64,000 nt of DNA from Kiritimatiellia bacterium (GCA_050949565.1 JBMNFY010000001.1:192001-256000); one strand, 5' to 3'. Counted from the stretch's first letter, positions 38,701 through 48,482 are shown. Made by a program: numbers and translations. The notes: a model not told the origin generated them from the sequence alone.

Positions 38701-40009
38701 GCCGGGCAGCGGCGATCCGCGCTTGATCGCGGTTGGCGGCGGTTGGCAGTTCGAAAACGCGCACTACCGCGCGCGGCTCAGTCGTGCCGGTACGCTAACC
38801 GGACTCTGGCGGCGTAACGGCGATGCGTGGCAGACGATCGTGCAGAAAGACGGCCTGTACACCGACAAAGGCTTCGCAGAAGACCGCAAGTACATCGCGC
38901 AGGAAAATGACGTGGAGGCTAGCGTGCGCATTGAGCCAGCGGGGGCGGACGGGATACGCCTGCGGGTCACGGGCGAGATGCGGGGCTTCGGACGGTTCGA
39001 GAAGTTGGGACATCCGGTGCGCTTCAACAGCGTCTTCGCGTTGGGGGAGGGGCCCGCGTTCCGCCGGTTCACGGCGTTTCAAAGTTCTGCGGCTACAGGT
39101 CGTGCCTTTCTTTCGCAGCGCACCGCCTTTGAAGGTGCGGCGCGCGCGGTCTTCAGCGATGCGGCGGGCGTTATCCTGTCACGCGATGCATACACCGCCA
39201 AAGCACGCACCTGCGAAACGGCGAAGGCGAAAGATCCGTCGCGGTTGCCCACCGATATCCGCATCGCGTGCGCGGACGGCGTGACAGTGCGTCTGGCGGA
39301 CCTGAGATGGACCGGCGCGCGACCGGGCAACGTGTTCCTGCACGGTCAGGATCTGCATCTGGCGTGGCTGGATGGGGACACGGGCACGGCGGGGCCGGAC
39401 ATTTGGCACGGGGTTTCGATGAGCGTCTCGTGTGAAGAGGACGCGGTCGCCACGCCGGATGATGCGGCGCAAAGCATTGCGGCGGTTGCCGCTCCGGTCG
39501 GTTGGGTGCGGGATGGCAGTTTCGATGGGTACGGGGCTAGTGGCGGGGCGTTGCGGCTGGTGCGGTCGGGGCTCGACTGGCCGTCGGAGCGGGCTGCGGC
39601 GCAGGTGAGTTGGCGTCTGCCGGAGGGCGCTGAGATTGTGCGTGAAGGGGGCAATCCATGTGCACGCGTCGATGGCGATGGGGCCTCCTATCGGTTGATT
39701 CATCAGACGCTGGCGACGCGGGCGCTTACGCCGGGAACCGCTTTACGGCTCACCGCCCGCATGCGCGGCGAGGAGGTTCAGAAGGGTGACGTCGAGTGGA
39801 AGACCGCCTGCCTGCGCTGGTGTGTGCAGACCGAGGGGCGTACGAATTATCAGACGGTCAGTTTGCCGGTGGGGGACAGCGCGTGGCGCGAGTACAGTGT
39901 GACGGTCACATTGCCGCAACAGTTCAGTAGTGTGGCGATAGAGGCCGGTCTCAATGGTAACCGAGGCCGGGTCTGGATCGACGACGTACGGGTTACGGAA
40001 GAGAAATAA
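35795..40009 (+). CDS. Large secreted modular protein with GH13 (alpha-amylase) catalytic domain and C-terminal CBM-like domain
   Basis: NAIWLMP, YWPRDY, DCVPH, DGFRIDA, LAEV, VESHD; C-terminal DGSFD...VWIDDVRV. Confidence 0.8.
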   Translation: MRGKWLGLAVGLVGGVCAAWAEVPLREDAQGTLFGTDRFAVRIDARNGWIAEVLCDGQPVVTAPATAQAYDIRQDGAWVTGSGQAIERLGVERVSPDTIRCRTRAGTWTVDALLQLDPERRSVRRWFDVTWHGASATKIKSFWIRGGVLPLAEDGRYLLPAQYPPRSVAAAELTADRRTGSWRSPYVVIGENGRGWSVMWALDELQPYADRGSTGVEEGRGEIRITQSFNMQGHVRNGVTQRVGDSWLWVQPNDAETALRRLPEWFAAVGQMPPEGRPEWLKRVILYSFHPGGTIGSNCRDLGGFPAATALLPHIDGLGCNAIWLMPLEDKSIYWPRDYYKLQEGIGTPDDFKAFTARARSLGMRVWQDCVPHGGCNEYPRAKEHPEWLAQNEDGSTLHYWCFDFNWPTWIDYMRGVVSFYMREYGLDGFRIDACGGSKIPNWNPDIPYARASHAQAQGGFAMQRALREEVRKVRPDGANLAEVGASVHGAVSDSTYDFELCYHVLHDFRRSPADVFVPRLRRWLHEQQYAEVPDLVRMRHVESHDSLRSGLWYGADAQRALVALISWIHGIPMVYHEMEDGHYEAYRRIFHVRRHVPELNTGTADYLSVTAPDGVFACLRSGERSARTDAAWHDEYAWDTRPNAAARASVVLVNLNGTAVTGRVSVPKASLPAALRDAAWARDLMSGERVALHEGVCEVSLSAFGYTVLRLESATLPSCTPVPEEAVSKPAVVARADGATLRVGPLVADAKTGWACAWRTGWRRETPLGMDVALPAGWGAKAVAPARLNTVTDGVDAEYVWQGNTLTVQQREADDGVEIKAAWPDGAPVDAALVITLDEARAWYADTAEGRFESPFRVRHPDMTMLGVVGSIYRLPQGGAVLWDSRRHPFGLDGAHARVGVRLPDGRDLALTFDPARLPASVRLLERVGERHGLNVAVVWRGDEHGVTSGVDEVRFHIRSAREREAVSPGSGDPRLIAVGGGWQFENAHYRARLSRAGTLTGLWRRNGDAWQTIVQKDGLYTDKGFAEDRKYIAQENDVEASVRIEPAGADGIRLRVTGEMRGFGRFEKLGHPVRFNSVFALGEGPAFRRFTAFQSSAATGRAFLSQRTAFEGAARAVFSDAAGVILSRDAYTAKARTCETAKAKDPSRLPTDIRIACADGVTVRLADLRWTGARPGNVFLHGQDLHLAWLDGDTGTAGPDIWHGVSMSVSCEEDAVATPDDAAQSIAAVAAPVGWVRDGSFDGYGASGGALRLVRSGLDWPSERAAAQVSWRLPEGAEIVREGGNPCARVDGDGASYRLIHQTLATRALTPGTALRLTARMRGEEVQKGDVEWKTACLRWCVQTEGRTNYQTVSLPVGDSAWREYSVTVTLPQQFSSVAIEAGLNGNRGRVWIDDVRVTEEK

Positions 40010-40010
40010 A

Positions 40011-40048
40011 ACAGCGAGGCCGATCCCGGATAGGATCGGCCTCGCTGT
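40011..40048. terminator. Perfect 16-bp hairpin between convergent genes
   Basis: ACAGCGAGGCCGATCC-CGGATA-GGATCGGCCTCGCTGT. Confidence 0.8.
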
Positions 40049-40071
40049 CAGATCAAATCATGCGGGTGAGA

Positions 40072-40446
40072 TTACCAGCGGGTCTCACGGGATTCGCGAC
40101 GCTCGCCACCACGCTCGCCGCCACGACCGCCGCCACCGCGACCGCCACGGAAGCCACCGCCACCGCCGCCACCGAAACCGCCACCGCCGCGGCGTTCTTC
40201 GCGCGGCTTCGGCTGCGACTCATTCACGCGCAACGGGCGACCGTCCAACTCCTGACCGTTCAGGGCGTCGATCGCCGCCTGGGCTTGGGCGCGGTCAGGC
40301 ATCTCGACGAAGCCGAAACCCTTGGAGCGGCCCGTCATGCGGTCGGAAACGACGCGCGCGGAAGCAACCTCGCCGTATGCGGCAAACGCGTTCCGCAGGG
40401 ACTCATCATTCGTCGAATAGGCAAGATTGCCAACATAGATGTCCAT
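40072..40446 (-). CDS. RRM RNA-binding protein with Gly/Arg-rich tail
   Basis: RNP2 IYVGNL, RNP1 SKGFGFVEM. Confidence 0.96.
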   Translation of the reverse strand: MDIYVGNLAYSTNDESLRNAFAAYGEVASARVVSDRMTGRSKGFGFVEMPDRAQAQAAIDALNGQELDGRPLRVNESQPKPREERRGGGGFGGGGGGGFRGGRGGGGRGGERGGERRESRETRW

Positions 40447-41015
40447 GTCTCTGTCCTTCTCTCTCTACTTCACTCATGCCATGTTTGTTCATTGTCCGGC
40501 AGAACCGATTCCCATGGCCAAAACCGATCCCGTAGGCAACCTGCCTATCCTGCGCGGTTCACAGATGTAAACCTACGACAGTCCCAAATGTGGTTTCCGT
40601 TGGAATGCTGGAAGAGTCAGAAGGACGCGAGAACGCTGAACCGCACGAGAGAGGCTGGCGTCATGACGAACCCAGGCTTTCTAGCCTCCACACTTCAAAA
40701 AGTCACCTGCCGCCCTGTTTCAGGCGTTTCCTCCATCACGACGAACTGAGCCCCGGAACCCTGCGCTCCGGGATAATGAAAAAATCAGCCGTTCTGCAAT
40801 CAACACCGCTAGTATTGTCTTTTTTGTGACGCGATGTCAATACTCCGAAAAAATTATTTTTGTCCCCTTACCACGTACGTTCATGAAAACATGAGAAGAG
40901 AGAGTCACCGTGAACGTGAATCGCTAAGCCGAGCTAAAAAAACGGAAGCGGTTGTCAATGCGTGGCGAGTGTGGGATACTGAGCAGAAATTCTTTAAAAA
41001 AGAAAGGGGTGCTCA

Positions 41016-43322
41016 ATGACGATGACACGGCGTTTGGTGGCAGGTTTCATGATGGCGGGGTTGATTGTGGCGTGTACCGTGTACGGCGCGGGAACGCCGC
41101 TGCCGGACGAGGCCGGTAAAAAGGCCCCACTGGGATGCGAGCCGTTCCCTAGCCGGTTGTATCAGTTTGTGTGGCGCAACTGGACCGTGGTGCCGCAGAC
41201 GAAGCTGGCCGAGGTCGTGGGCACGACGCCTGAAAATGTGGCGCAGGTTGCGACCTCGATGGGGCTGCCGCCGCAGGACGCGATCTTGCCGGCGTGGCAG
41301 GACAAGGGCTACATCACCGTGGTGCGGCGTAACTGGCATCTGCTGCCCTATGACCAGCTTCTGACGCTTACCGGTTTCACGCGCGAGCAGTTGCGCTATG
41401 CGCTGATGGAGGATGACTTCCTCTTCATCAAACTGGGTAGCGTCAAACCCGCCTGTCCGCCGCTGCGCTACACGCCGCCTTCCGAGGCTGAGCGCGCGGC
41501 TGCCGAACAACTCGCCGCCTGGCTGCGCGAGGAGGGCGTTGCGGATAGTCTGCGCCAGCCTGAAGAGCCGCGCTTCGCCTTTATTGATCGCCTCTCGCGA
41601 CCTGATCCGGCCATCGTGGTCGCGCCGTCATCGGACAGTTCGCCTTTCGGTCTGCGTTTTATTTTCTCGTATTTTGCCGAGTATGGCGACCCGCTTTTCG
41701 ATACCGAAGTTGCCTCCTATCCTGAGGGACTTTTGCAGCGTCTGGCGGCGGCTGGCGTGAATGGCGTATGGGTCCATACCGTGCTGCGCACGCTGGCGAA
41801 AGATCCCGCCTTCCCGGAGTTCGGCGAGGGGTGTGAGCGGCGGATTGCGGGATTGCGTAAGCTGGTGGCGCGCGCCGAAAAGTACGGCTTGAAGATCTAT
41901 CTCTACATGAACGAACCGCGTACGATGCACCACTCATTTTTTGAGGCGCGACCGGAACGCGCCGCCATGCGCGGGGTCGCCGCCGCCGGTGACACCGCGC
42001 GGCTTTGCACGTCGCACCCGGAGGTGCGGCGCTGGATGTCCGATGCCGTAGCTTCCGTGTTTACCCAAGTGCCGGGGCTGGGCGGCGTCTTTACCATTAC
42101 CGCTTCGGAAAACCCTACCAGTTGCGCTTCACATCGGCAGCAGGCGCAGTGCGAGCGTTGTAAAGAGCGGTCGTATGCCGAGATCATTGCCGAGGTGAAC
42201 GCGACGATCGCGCAGGGTGTGGCACGCGGCAACCCTGATGCCAAGGTTCTGGTGTGGGATTGGAGCTGGGATGACACGCAAGTCGGCGAGATCATCGCGC
42301 GCCTACCCAAGAACTGCTGGTTGCAGTCGGTCAGCGAATGGTCGCTGCCGATTACCCGGGGCGGCGTCGCATCCACGGTCGGCGAATACTCCATCTCCTC
42401 CGTTGGGCCGGGGCCGCGTGCCAAGAAGCATTGGTCGCTGGCGCGCGCGGCGGGACTGAAAACATCGGCGAAGGTGCAGGTCGGCGCGACGTGGGAGTTC
42501 TGTTCTATCCCGTATCTGCCGACGCTCGACTTGGTGGCCGAACACGCATGCAATCTGGCCTCGGCTGGCGTGGACGGCGTGATGCTGAGTTGGAGCTTGG
42601 GGTGTTACCCTTCGCCCAATCTGGAGGTCTTTCAGGCTTTCACCAAGGAAACGGATGCGATCGGTCCGGTGTTGGACCGTGTGGCTGTCCGACGGTACGG
42701 CGCTGATGCCGCGCCGCTCGTGCGGCAGGCCTGGACCGCATTTTCGCAGGGCTTCCGCGAGTACCCTTATCACATCGGCACGGTCTACAACGGCCCGCAG
42801 CACATGGGGCCAGCCAACCCGCTCTATCTCAAGCCCACCGGTTATCGGGCCACCATGGTCGGCATTCCGTATGATGATCTCACGCGGTGGCGGTCGGTGT
42901 ATCCGGCTGAGGTCTGGATCGCGCAGATGGATAAGGTGCGTGCCGGTTTCGCGCACGGATGCGGGTTGTGGGGCAGTCTGTTGCCGCAGGTACAGGAGGC
43001 CGCGCGCGCCGAAGCCGGACGTGAGTTAGGACTCTTCCGCGCTGCGGAATTGCACTTCGCCGCTTGCGTCAACCAAGCGCGCTTTGTCGCTGCGCGCGAC
43101 CGCTTGCAGGCCGCCACGACCGATCCCGAACGCGCCATCTGCCGAGGCGAAATGCGGGCTGCCGCGCGTGCTGAGTTGGCGGTCGCCAAGCAGCTCCTGC
43201 CGTTTGTCAAGGCCGACTCGCGGATCGGGTACGAGTCTTCAAACCACTACTTCTACATTCCGCAAGACCTGCTGGAAAAGGTACTTTGCTGCCGACAGGT
43301 GCTGACGGAGGTGCAGCCTTAA
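41016..43322 (+). CDS. Secreted hypothetical protein, probable glycoside hydrolase-like barrel
   Basis: Signal peptide; GVNGVWV, IYLYMNEP, ITASEN, WDWSW motifs. Confidence 0.6.
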   Translation: MTMTRRLVAGFMMAGLIVACTVYGAGTPLPDEAGKKAPLGCEPFPSRLYQFVWRNWTVVPQTKLAEVVGTTPENVAQVATSMGLPPQDAILPAWQDKGYITVVRRNWHLLPYDQLLTLTGFTREQLRYALMEDDFLFIKLGSVKPACPPLRYTPPSEAERAAAEQLAAWLREEGVADSLRQPEEPRFAFIDRLSRPDPAIVVAPSSDSSPFGLRFIFSYFAEYGDPLFDTEVASYPEGLLQRLAAAGVNGVWVHTVLRTLAKDPAFPEFGEGCERRIAGLRKLVARAEKYGLKIYLYMNEPRTMHHSFFEARPERAAMRGVAAAGDTARLCTSHPEVRRWMSDAVASVFTQVPGLGGVFTITASENPTSCASHRQQAQCERCKERSYAEIIAEVNATIAQGVARGNPDAKVLVWDWSWDDTQVGEIIARLPKNCWLQSVSEWSLPITRGGVASTVGEYSISSVGPGPRAKKHWSLARAAGLKTSAKVQVGATWEFCSIPYLPTLDLVAEHACNLASAGVDGVMLSWSLGCYPSPNLEVFQAFTKETDAIGPVLDRVAVRRYGADAAPLVRQAWTAFSQGFREYPYHIGTVYNGPQHMGPANPLYLKPTGYRATMVGIPYDDLTRWRSVYPAEVWIAQMDKVRAGFAHGCGLWGSLLPQVQEAARAEAGRELGLFRAAELHFAACVNQARFVAARDRLQAATTDPERAICRGEMRAAARAELAVAKQLLPFVKADSRIGYESSNHYFYIPQDLLEKVLCCRQVLTEVQP

Positions 43323-43341
43323 CTTCCTTGAGACTGCACCA

Positions 43342-43376
43342 TAGGGTTAGGGGTTAAAATTTAGGATTTAGGAGTT
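43342..43376. repeat. Heptamer array (TTAGGG/TTAGGA)
   Basis: tagggttaggggttaaaatttaggatttaggagtt. Confidence 0.75.
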
Positions 43377-43455
43377 GTGGTACGAATGAACTGTTGCGTG
43401 CAATCGCGCACGTTCTGTCTTGTCGTGGAGCAATATTGATGCGATAATAGCGAAA

Positions 43456-44355
43456 ATGAAGGTGCTCTTCCTGTTTATCGATGGCGTCGGCCTACGCAGG
43501 CCCGCGACCGACAATCCGGTGCATGCGGGGATCTGTCCGGCCCTCTGCCAACTCATTGAACAGCACTCGGTCACGATTGACGCTTGTCTCGGTATCGATG
43601 GATTGCCTCAGAGTGCCACGGGGCAGGCTACGATGTTCACGGGGGTCAACGCTTCGCAGGTCATGGGGCGCCACTGTGAGGGTTTTCCGGGGCCCACCCT
43701 GCGGAAACTGATCGAAGAGGGCAATCTCTTTATGGAACTGACACAGAAGGGGTTGCGCTGCCGGTTTGCTGACGCATATCTGATCGATAGCGTTGATGAC
43801 TTAAGGGCCCGCCGTTTCAAATCCGTCACTACGGTGATGGCGCTGACGCAGCCAGAAACGATCTCGGTTCAAGATGATCTGCTGGCCAATCGTGCGGTTT
43901 CGCACGATATCACGCGCCTCAGTTTTCGGGAAAAGGGATATGCTGTCCCGTCGGTGACGTCCCAGCAGGCTGCCGAGCATCTGATTCAGGTGGCGCTGGC
44001 GCACGACTTTACGCTTTTTGAGTTCTTTCTGACCGATCTGGCCGGACACTCCCGAAATTACGACCTCGCCTGCGAGACCCTCAAGACGCTTGATCTGTTT
44101 CTGGATACGGTGGTCAAACTGAGCAAGACAACCGGCCTGCTTTTGATTCTGACCAGCGATCACGGCAATATCGAGGAGATGGGGAGCCGTGGCCATACGC
44201 GTAACCCGGTGCCGCTCGCGGTGGTAGGTCCGGGCGCGGATGGACTCAAGGCTAACGCCAGCAGCCTCATGGATATCACGCCGCGCATTACGCGACTGAT
44301 GGTGCCGGGCTATACACCGCCCTCGCGCACCGTGCAGACGGTGCCGTGGGCGTGA
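43456..44355 (+). CDS. Alkaline-phosphatase-superfamily metalloenzyme (iPGM/phosphopentomutase-like)
   Basis: FIDGVG, PQSATGQ, DLAGH, TSDHGN, HTRNPVP. Confidence 0.88.
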   Translation: MKVLFLFIDGVGLRRPATDNPVHAGICPALCQLIEQHSVTIDACLGIDGLPQSATGQATMFTGVNASQVMGRHCEGFPGPTLRKLIEEGNLFMELTQKGLRCRFADAYLIDSVDDLRARRFKSVTTVMALTQPETISVQDDLLANRAVSHDITRLSFREKGYAVPSVTSQQAAEHLIQVALAHDFTLFEFFLTDLAGHSRNYDLACETLKTLDLFLDTVVKLSKTTGLLLILTSDHGNIEEMGSRGHTRNPVPLAVVGPGADGLKANASSLMDITPRITRLMVPGYTPPSRTVQTVPWA

Positions 44356-44379
44356 GAGCGAGAGGCGTTGCGGTCGTCG

Positions 44380-45579
44380 TTAGGCCGTCTGCTGGCGCGT
44401 GGTTTGAGTCAGCGCCACCCAGAGGATGTAGAGCAGCGCCGCGAACGGCACGATGAAGCCGACGATCTGGTTTTTGTTCGCGAGATCCACGACCCATCCC
44501 ATGATTGGGGGCAGGATGGCACCACCCGCGATCGCGGAAATCATCAGTCCGGAAATTTCGTTGGAGCGTTCGGGCAGGGCGTCAACCGTGATGGAGAAGA
44601 TCAGCGGGAAGATGTTGGCGAAGCCCAGTGCCGTCACCACGATGCCGATGTATGTCAGGCTCTTGACGCCGCTGAAGACAGCCGCGATTCCGATGAGCGA
44701 CAGCACGGCGGTCAACTTCAGGAAGAGCGCCGGTTGCAACACGCGCAGGATGGCTGCGCCCGCGAAGCGCCCCACCAGGATGGGCAGGAAGAACAGCGAC
44801 CAACTCACCCAGAGACTGTTTTCAAGAACCAGGCCGAACCGCTCTTTCAACAACAGCGGCACGCCGGAGTTGAAGCACACCTCGGCTCCGACGTAAAAGA
44901 AGATGCCGAGCACCATCGTCAGCACAAAACGGTTTTTAGTGAAGAGTGTGAAGCAGGAGCGTAGCGTCGCCGGCTGACGCTGCTCGTCGCGCTCATCGGT
45001 CAACTGCAGGGGCAGGCAGGCGCACAGCGCGATGACCAGCGTCGCTGCGAAAATCGGGTATTGGATCGACCACGACAAGCCCAAGGGTTTCGCCACCAGC
45101 GGCAGCAGCAGGAAACCCATGGATGAGCCCACGGCTTTGACAGATTGTGCCAAGGACAGGTTACTCGAAAACTTGCCCGGAGGCGAGACGTCACGCATCA
45201 CGGGGTTACCGCAGACTTGCAGAATTGTCGCGCCCGCGCACAATAGCAGGATGGAAGCCAGTATGACGTAAAATTTCGTCAGGTCGCCTGCGGCGATCTC
45301 CACCTGCCGACCGTACATGCCGGCTAAGATCGGCAACAGGGCGCCTGCTAGGGCGACCACCAGTCCGAGTATCAAAACGAACTTCTTTCCCTTGCGGTCC
45401 TGGACGATGCCCATCGGGACGGAGAGCAGACCGAACATCAGGAATCCGGTCAGGGGTACCAGTTGTGCCGTCAAATTGGAAACATTGAAGGTCTCTTTGA
45501 CCAAGGTGACCAGAGGCCCCACAACATCCCCGAAGCCCATTGCCAGAAAAACCAAAAACACCGGCCATGCACGTTTCAT
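44380..45579 (-). CDS. MFS sugar transporter (FucP/glucose-galactose type)
   Basis: About 12 TM, LQVCGNP, FFYVGAEV, IAGGAILP. Confidence 0.9.
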   Translation of the reverse strand: MKRAWPVFLVFLAMGFGDVVGPLVTLVKETFNVSNLTAQLVPLTGFLMFGLLSVPMGIVQDRKGKKFVLILGLVVALAGALLPILAGMYGRQVEIAAGDLTKFYVILASILLLCAGATILQVCGNPVMRDVSPPGKFSSNLSLAQSVKAVGSSMGFLLLPLVAKPLGLSWSIQYPIFAATLVIALCACLPLQLTDERDEQRQPATLRSCFTLFTKNRFVLTMVLGIFFYVGAEVCFNSGVPLLLKERFGLVLENSLWVSWSLFFLPILVGRFAGAAILRVLQPALFLKLTAVLSLIGIAAVFSGVKSLTYIGIVVTALGFANIFPLIFSITVDALPERSNEISGLMISAIAGGAILPPIMGWVVDLANKNQIVGFIVPFAALLYILWVALTQTTRQQTA

Positions 45580-45641
45580 TTGCTTCTCCCTGAGTTGCAT
45601 TCAGCGGCCGCCTATCGGCTGCCTTACGCCCAACAGTATAC

Positions 45642-45675
45642 AAAAAAACCTCCCGGCGTACACCAGGAGGTTTTT
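45642..45675 (-). terminator. Intrinsic terminator after the XRE gene
   Basis: AAAAACCTCCCGG...CCAGGAGGTTTTT with T7 on minus strand. Confidence 0.75.
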
Positions 45676-45699
45676 GGCCCGCACTTCGGCGGGGTCGTT

Positions 45700-46875
45700 T
45701 TAGGTGTCGAACCGCACGCCGGACTGCCGGAGCACGCGTTTTATTGCGTTGACCGGCTTCATGTCTTTGCCGGCTTTCTGTTCTGCCACAAGTAGCAGGT
45801 CACCGATCCGGCCGTTCATGATGCAAGGCGGACGGTTGCCGCCCGGCTCAGCAGCGGACCCCTTCTCCGCCTGAAACGCTTCCAGTTCATCCTCGAAGAG
45901 GAACGCGTGCGGGTCATGTTTCTGCTTGTCACTCCGACTCAGGCCGAGTTCCTGCAACCGCATTGCAAGGCACCGGGCAGAGACACCGTAGCGCTTCTTC
46001 ATGCGCAACAGCAGGTCGAACGTCCAGTTCTCTGGTGCTATACCCGTCTGCAGAACCGTCCTGCGGAGCGAGGTGGCAGGCAGGAGGAAGTTCAACATAA
46101 AGCAGTATGCGAACTCCTTTTCGTTCAACGTGTCAGCCTCTACGCTTGCTTGCGCATTTTGTTTGCGCACGTACCAGAAGACTCGCCCGAGTTCAAGGGT
46201 TGCGCGAATCATCTGCACTTCGGGCTGTTTCTTGAGGTTGCTGTTAATGAAGACGAAGCCATTCTGGTTGAACGGGTCGTAGCCGCTGAATGTCGTGCAT
46301 CCTTCAGGCATGTTCATGAAGACGACGCGCAGTCCGGCATTTTCGAACAATTCCAGATAATCGGTCAGCATGGCATTGCCGATGCCGAGCCCCTGCCGCA
46401 CGTAGGCGGCAACCTGTTTGGCACCGTCGTCGTCGGCCGTGAAGGGGATGCTCAGCGAGAAGTCCAGACGGGGCGCCACACCTGCCAGCTTTTCGAGTTT
46501 GGGGAGCGCTTCCGCCACTGTCTGACAGATGATATGTGTCGCTTTCAGTGCCTCCGCATTTGGACACGACGCCACGTTTACAGGCGGCAGAACGACAGCG
46601 GCCTGTGCATCCGTTGGCGTTGCGCTGTCATCCCACACATCCTTCTCCTGGAACAGGTCATCGATCCGCACATTCAATCGTTTGGCCAGACGATAAAGCA
46701 CGCGCCCTGACGGCAGATGCTTACCCTTTTCAATCCAGCCGAGCGGTCCCGCTCTGATACCAATGTCTGTTGCCAACTTGATTTGAGTGATACCCTGGAG
46801 CTCACGTAATTTGCGGATCCGCGAGCCCACCCTCACCGCAATTTCATGCTCAGCGTAAGTTTTTTGTTTGCCCAT
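45700..46875 (-). CDS. XRE-family HTH fused to an ImmA/IrrE-like domain with degenerate HExxH
   Basis: N-terminal HTH (GSRIRKLRE..TQIKLA..IEKG); VRQGLG, VFINS, LELGR, FLLP, YGVS...RLQELG. Confidence 0.85.
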   Translation of the reverse strand: MGKQKTYAEHEIAVRVGSRIRKLRELQGITQIKLATDIGIRAGPLGWIEKGKHLPSGRVLYRLAKRLNVRIDDLFQEKDVWDDSATPTDAQAAVVLPPVNVASCPNAEALKATHIICQTVAEALPKLEKLAGVAPRLDFSLSIPFTADDDGAKQVAAYVRQGLGIGNAMLTDYLELFENAGLRVVFMNMPEGCTTFSGYDPFNQNGFVFINSNLKKQPEVQMIRATLELGRVFWYVRKQNAQASVEADTLNEKEFAYCFMLNFLLPATSLRRTVLQTGIAPENWTFDLLLRMKKRYGVSARCLAMRLQELGLSRSDKQKHDPHAFLFEDELEAFQAEKGSAAEPGGNRPPCIMNGRIGDLLLVAEQKAGKDMKPVNAIKRVLRQSGVRFDT

Positions 46876-47129
46876 AGTTCATTCCTTGTGTTGAGGTCCA
46901 TTCTTTTCAATAGGGAAAACACTCTTGCAAGATCCGCAAGGAGCGCTCAACGTCAATACAATTCCCAAATAAAAGATGAACCACCATTATGCCTTATTGT
47001 GTGCAGATAAACAAGCCGAAAAACAATTCATTCGTTAGGCAATATCTCGTTTTAGGGGGTATTCGAGGACCTTTAAAAGTGAAATGTCATACGTTTTCGT
47101 GTATGCGAAGGGAGAGGAATAGCGAATAA

Positions 47130-48482
47130 CTAAACTCCACGCGTGGCATGGTCACGTCCCCGGCGGTATTCCGGAGCGTAGATCGCCGAATCGCGGACCA
47201 CGCATCCGCCGCGTCCCACGACATCCTTCATGATTTGCGAACACATGGAGCAGGTGACGCAGCATTTGTCCGGGGTCATTTTCCCGTGCTCCAGAATGTC
47301 GCGCGGCGCATCGGGATATGCAAACGCGGAGCGTCCGAAGCCGACCAGATCGCACCAGCCTTCACGGATCATTCCGGCCGCGACCTGCGGTGCCAAATGC
47401 CGCAACCAAGAGAGAGCGGCGGTGATGACCGGTGCGCCGTGCGCTGCGTGGCGTACCGAGCGCACGGTCTCTTGAAAGCGCACGACTCCGCGCAGGGGAT
47501 CTTCGGGCGGCGGCGGACATCCGACAAGCGCACGGTCATGCGGCCGGTTCAGGTGGGGCTGAAACCGGGGATATCCCATTGAAATGTTGTGGAGCGGCAC
47601 GCCGCAGGCGGTGAGTTCGCTGATCAGCCGCAGAGGCTCCGCGAGGTCCGCTTGCCAGGGGCCTTCGTGTTCCGCGACTCCCCAGCCGTACGGATAGGCG
47701 GAGGGTTCGAGGACGGTCAGGCGTGAGGCTACCCATGTGTTGGGATTGAGCGTCTGGCGCATGGCCGCTATACACGCCTTCAGGAAGCGTGTGCGATTCT
47801 CATACGATCCGCCGAAGCGTCCCTCGCGCTGGCGCGCGCCGAGCAGTTCGGCCACGAGATAACCGTGTACGGCCTTCATGTCGACGCCGTCGAATCCGGC
47901 ACGCTCGGCCAGTTGGGCGGTTGTTGTGAACGCATCAAGCAACCGGTCGAGCGCGTCATCGCTGATCGGTTCGCAGACCGGCATTTCAGGCATGGCTTGT
48001 TCGAGAAGCGGATTCCGTTGCGCCACGATCGGCGCGGGTTTCCCTTGCGGTCGGCTATAGCGGCCGCTGTGGGTCAACTGCAAGAGCAGCGTCACCTCGC
48101 CACAACCTGTTTCATGCGCCGCGCGGCGCGTCTCCTCAACCAGTCGTTGCCAGACAGCGAGATTGCGCTCAGTGAGCATGAGTTGGCGCGGTCCGGAGCG
48201 TCCCTCCGGCACGACCGAGACCGATTCAAACCAGATCAGCGCACTACCACCGGCCGCGTAACGGCGATAACGGCGGAAGGTCAGCTCTCCCGGTGTGCCG
48301 TCGTCATCACAAGCGTCCACACCCTCCATCGGTTGCACCACAAAACGGTTCGCCAGTTTGCGGCCCGCGACTTCCAGCGGTGTCCCCAATGGCGACAGGT
48401 CATCGCTCCAAGGCAACGCAGCGCCGATACGCGCCAGTTCCGCCTCCAGGTCTTCCCGCGTTTTCAAATCGAATCGTTTCAT
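47130..48482 (-). CDS. NADH:flavin oxidoreductase (Old Yellow Enzyme family)
   Basis: NRFVVQPMEG, QLTHSGR, GFDGVDMKAVHGYL, FGGSYENRTRF, C-terminal CVTCSMC. Confidence 0.92.
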   Translation of the reverse strand: MKRFDLKTREDLEAELARIGAALPWSDDLSPLGTPLEVAGRKLANRFVVQPMEGVDACDDDGTPGELTFRRYRRYAAGGSALIWFESVSVVPEGRSGPRQLMLTERNLAVWQRLVEETRRAAHETGCGEVTLLLQLTHSGRYSRPQGKPAPIVAQRNPLLEQAMPEMPVCEPISDDALDRLLDAFTTTAQLAERAGFDGVDMKAVHGYLVAELLGARQREGRFGGSYENRTRFLKACIAAMRQTLNPNTWVASRLTVLEPSAYPYGWGVAEHEGPWQADLAEPLRLISELTACGVPLHNISMGYPRFQPHLNRPHDRALVGCPPPPEDPLRGVVRFQETVRSVRHAAHGAPVITAALSWLRHLAPQVAAGMIREGWCDLVGFGRSAFAYPDAPRDILEHGKMTPDKCCVTCSMCSQIMKDVVGRGGCVVRDSAIYAPEYRRGRDHATRGV

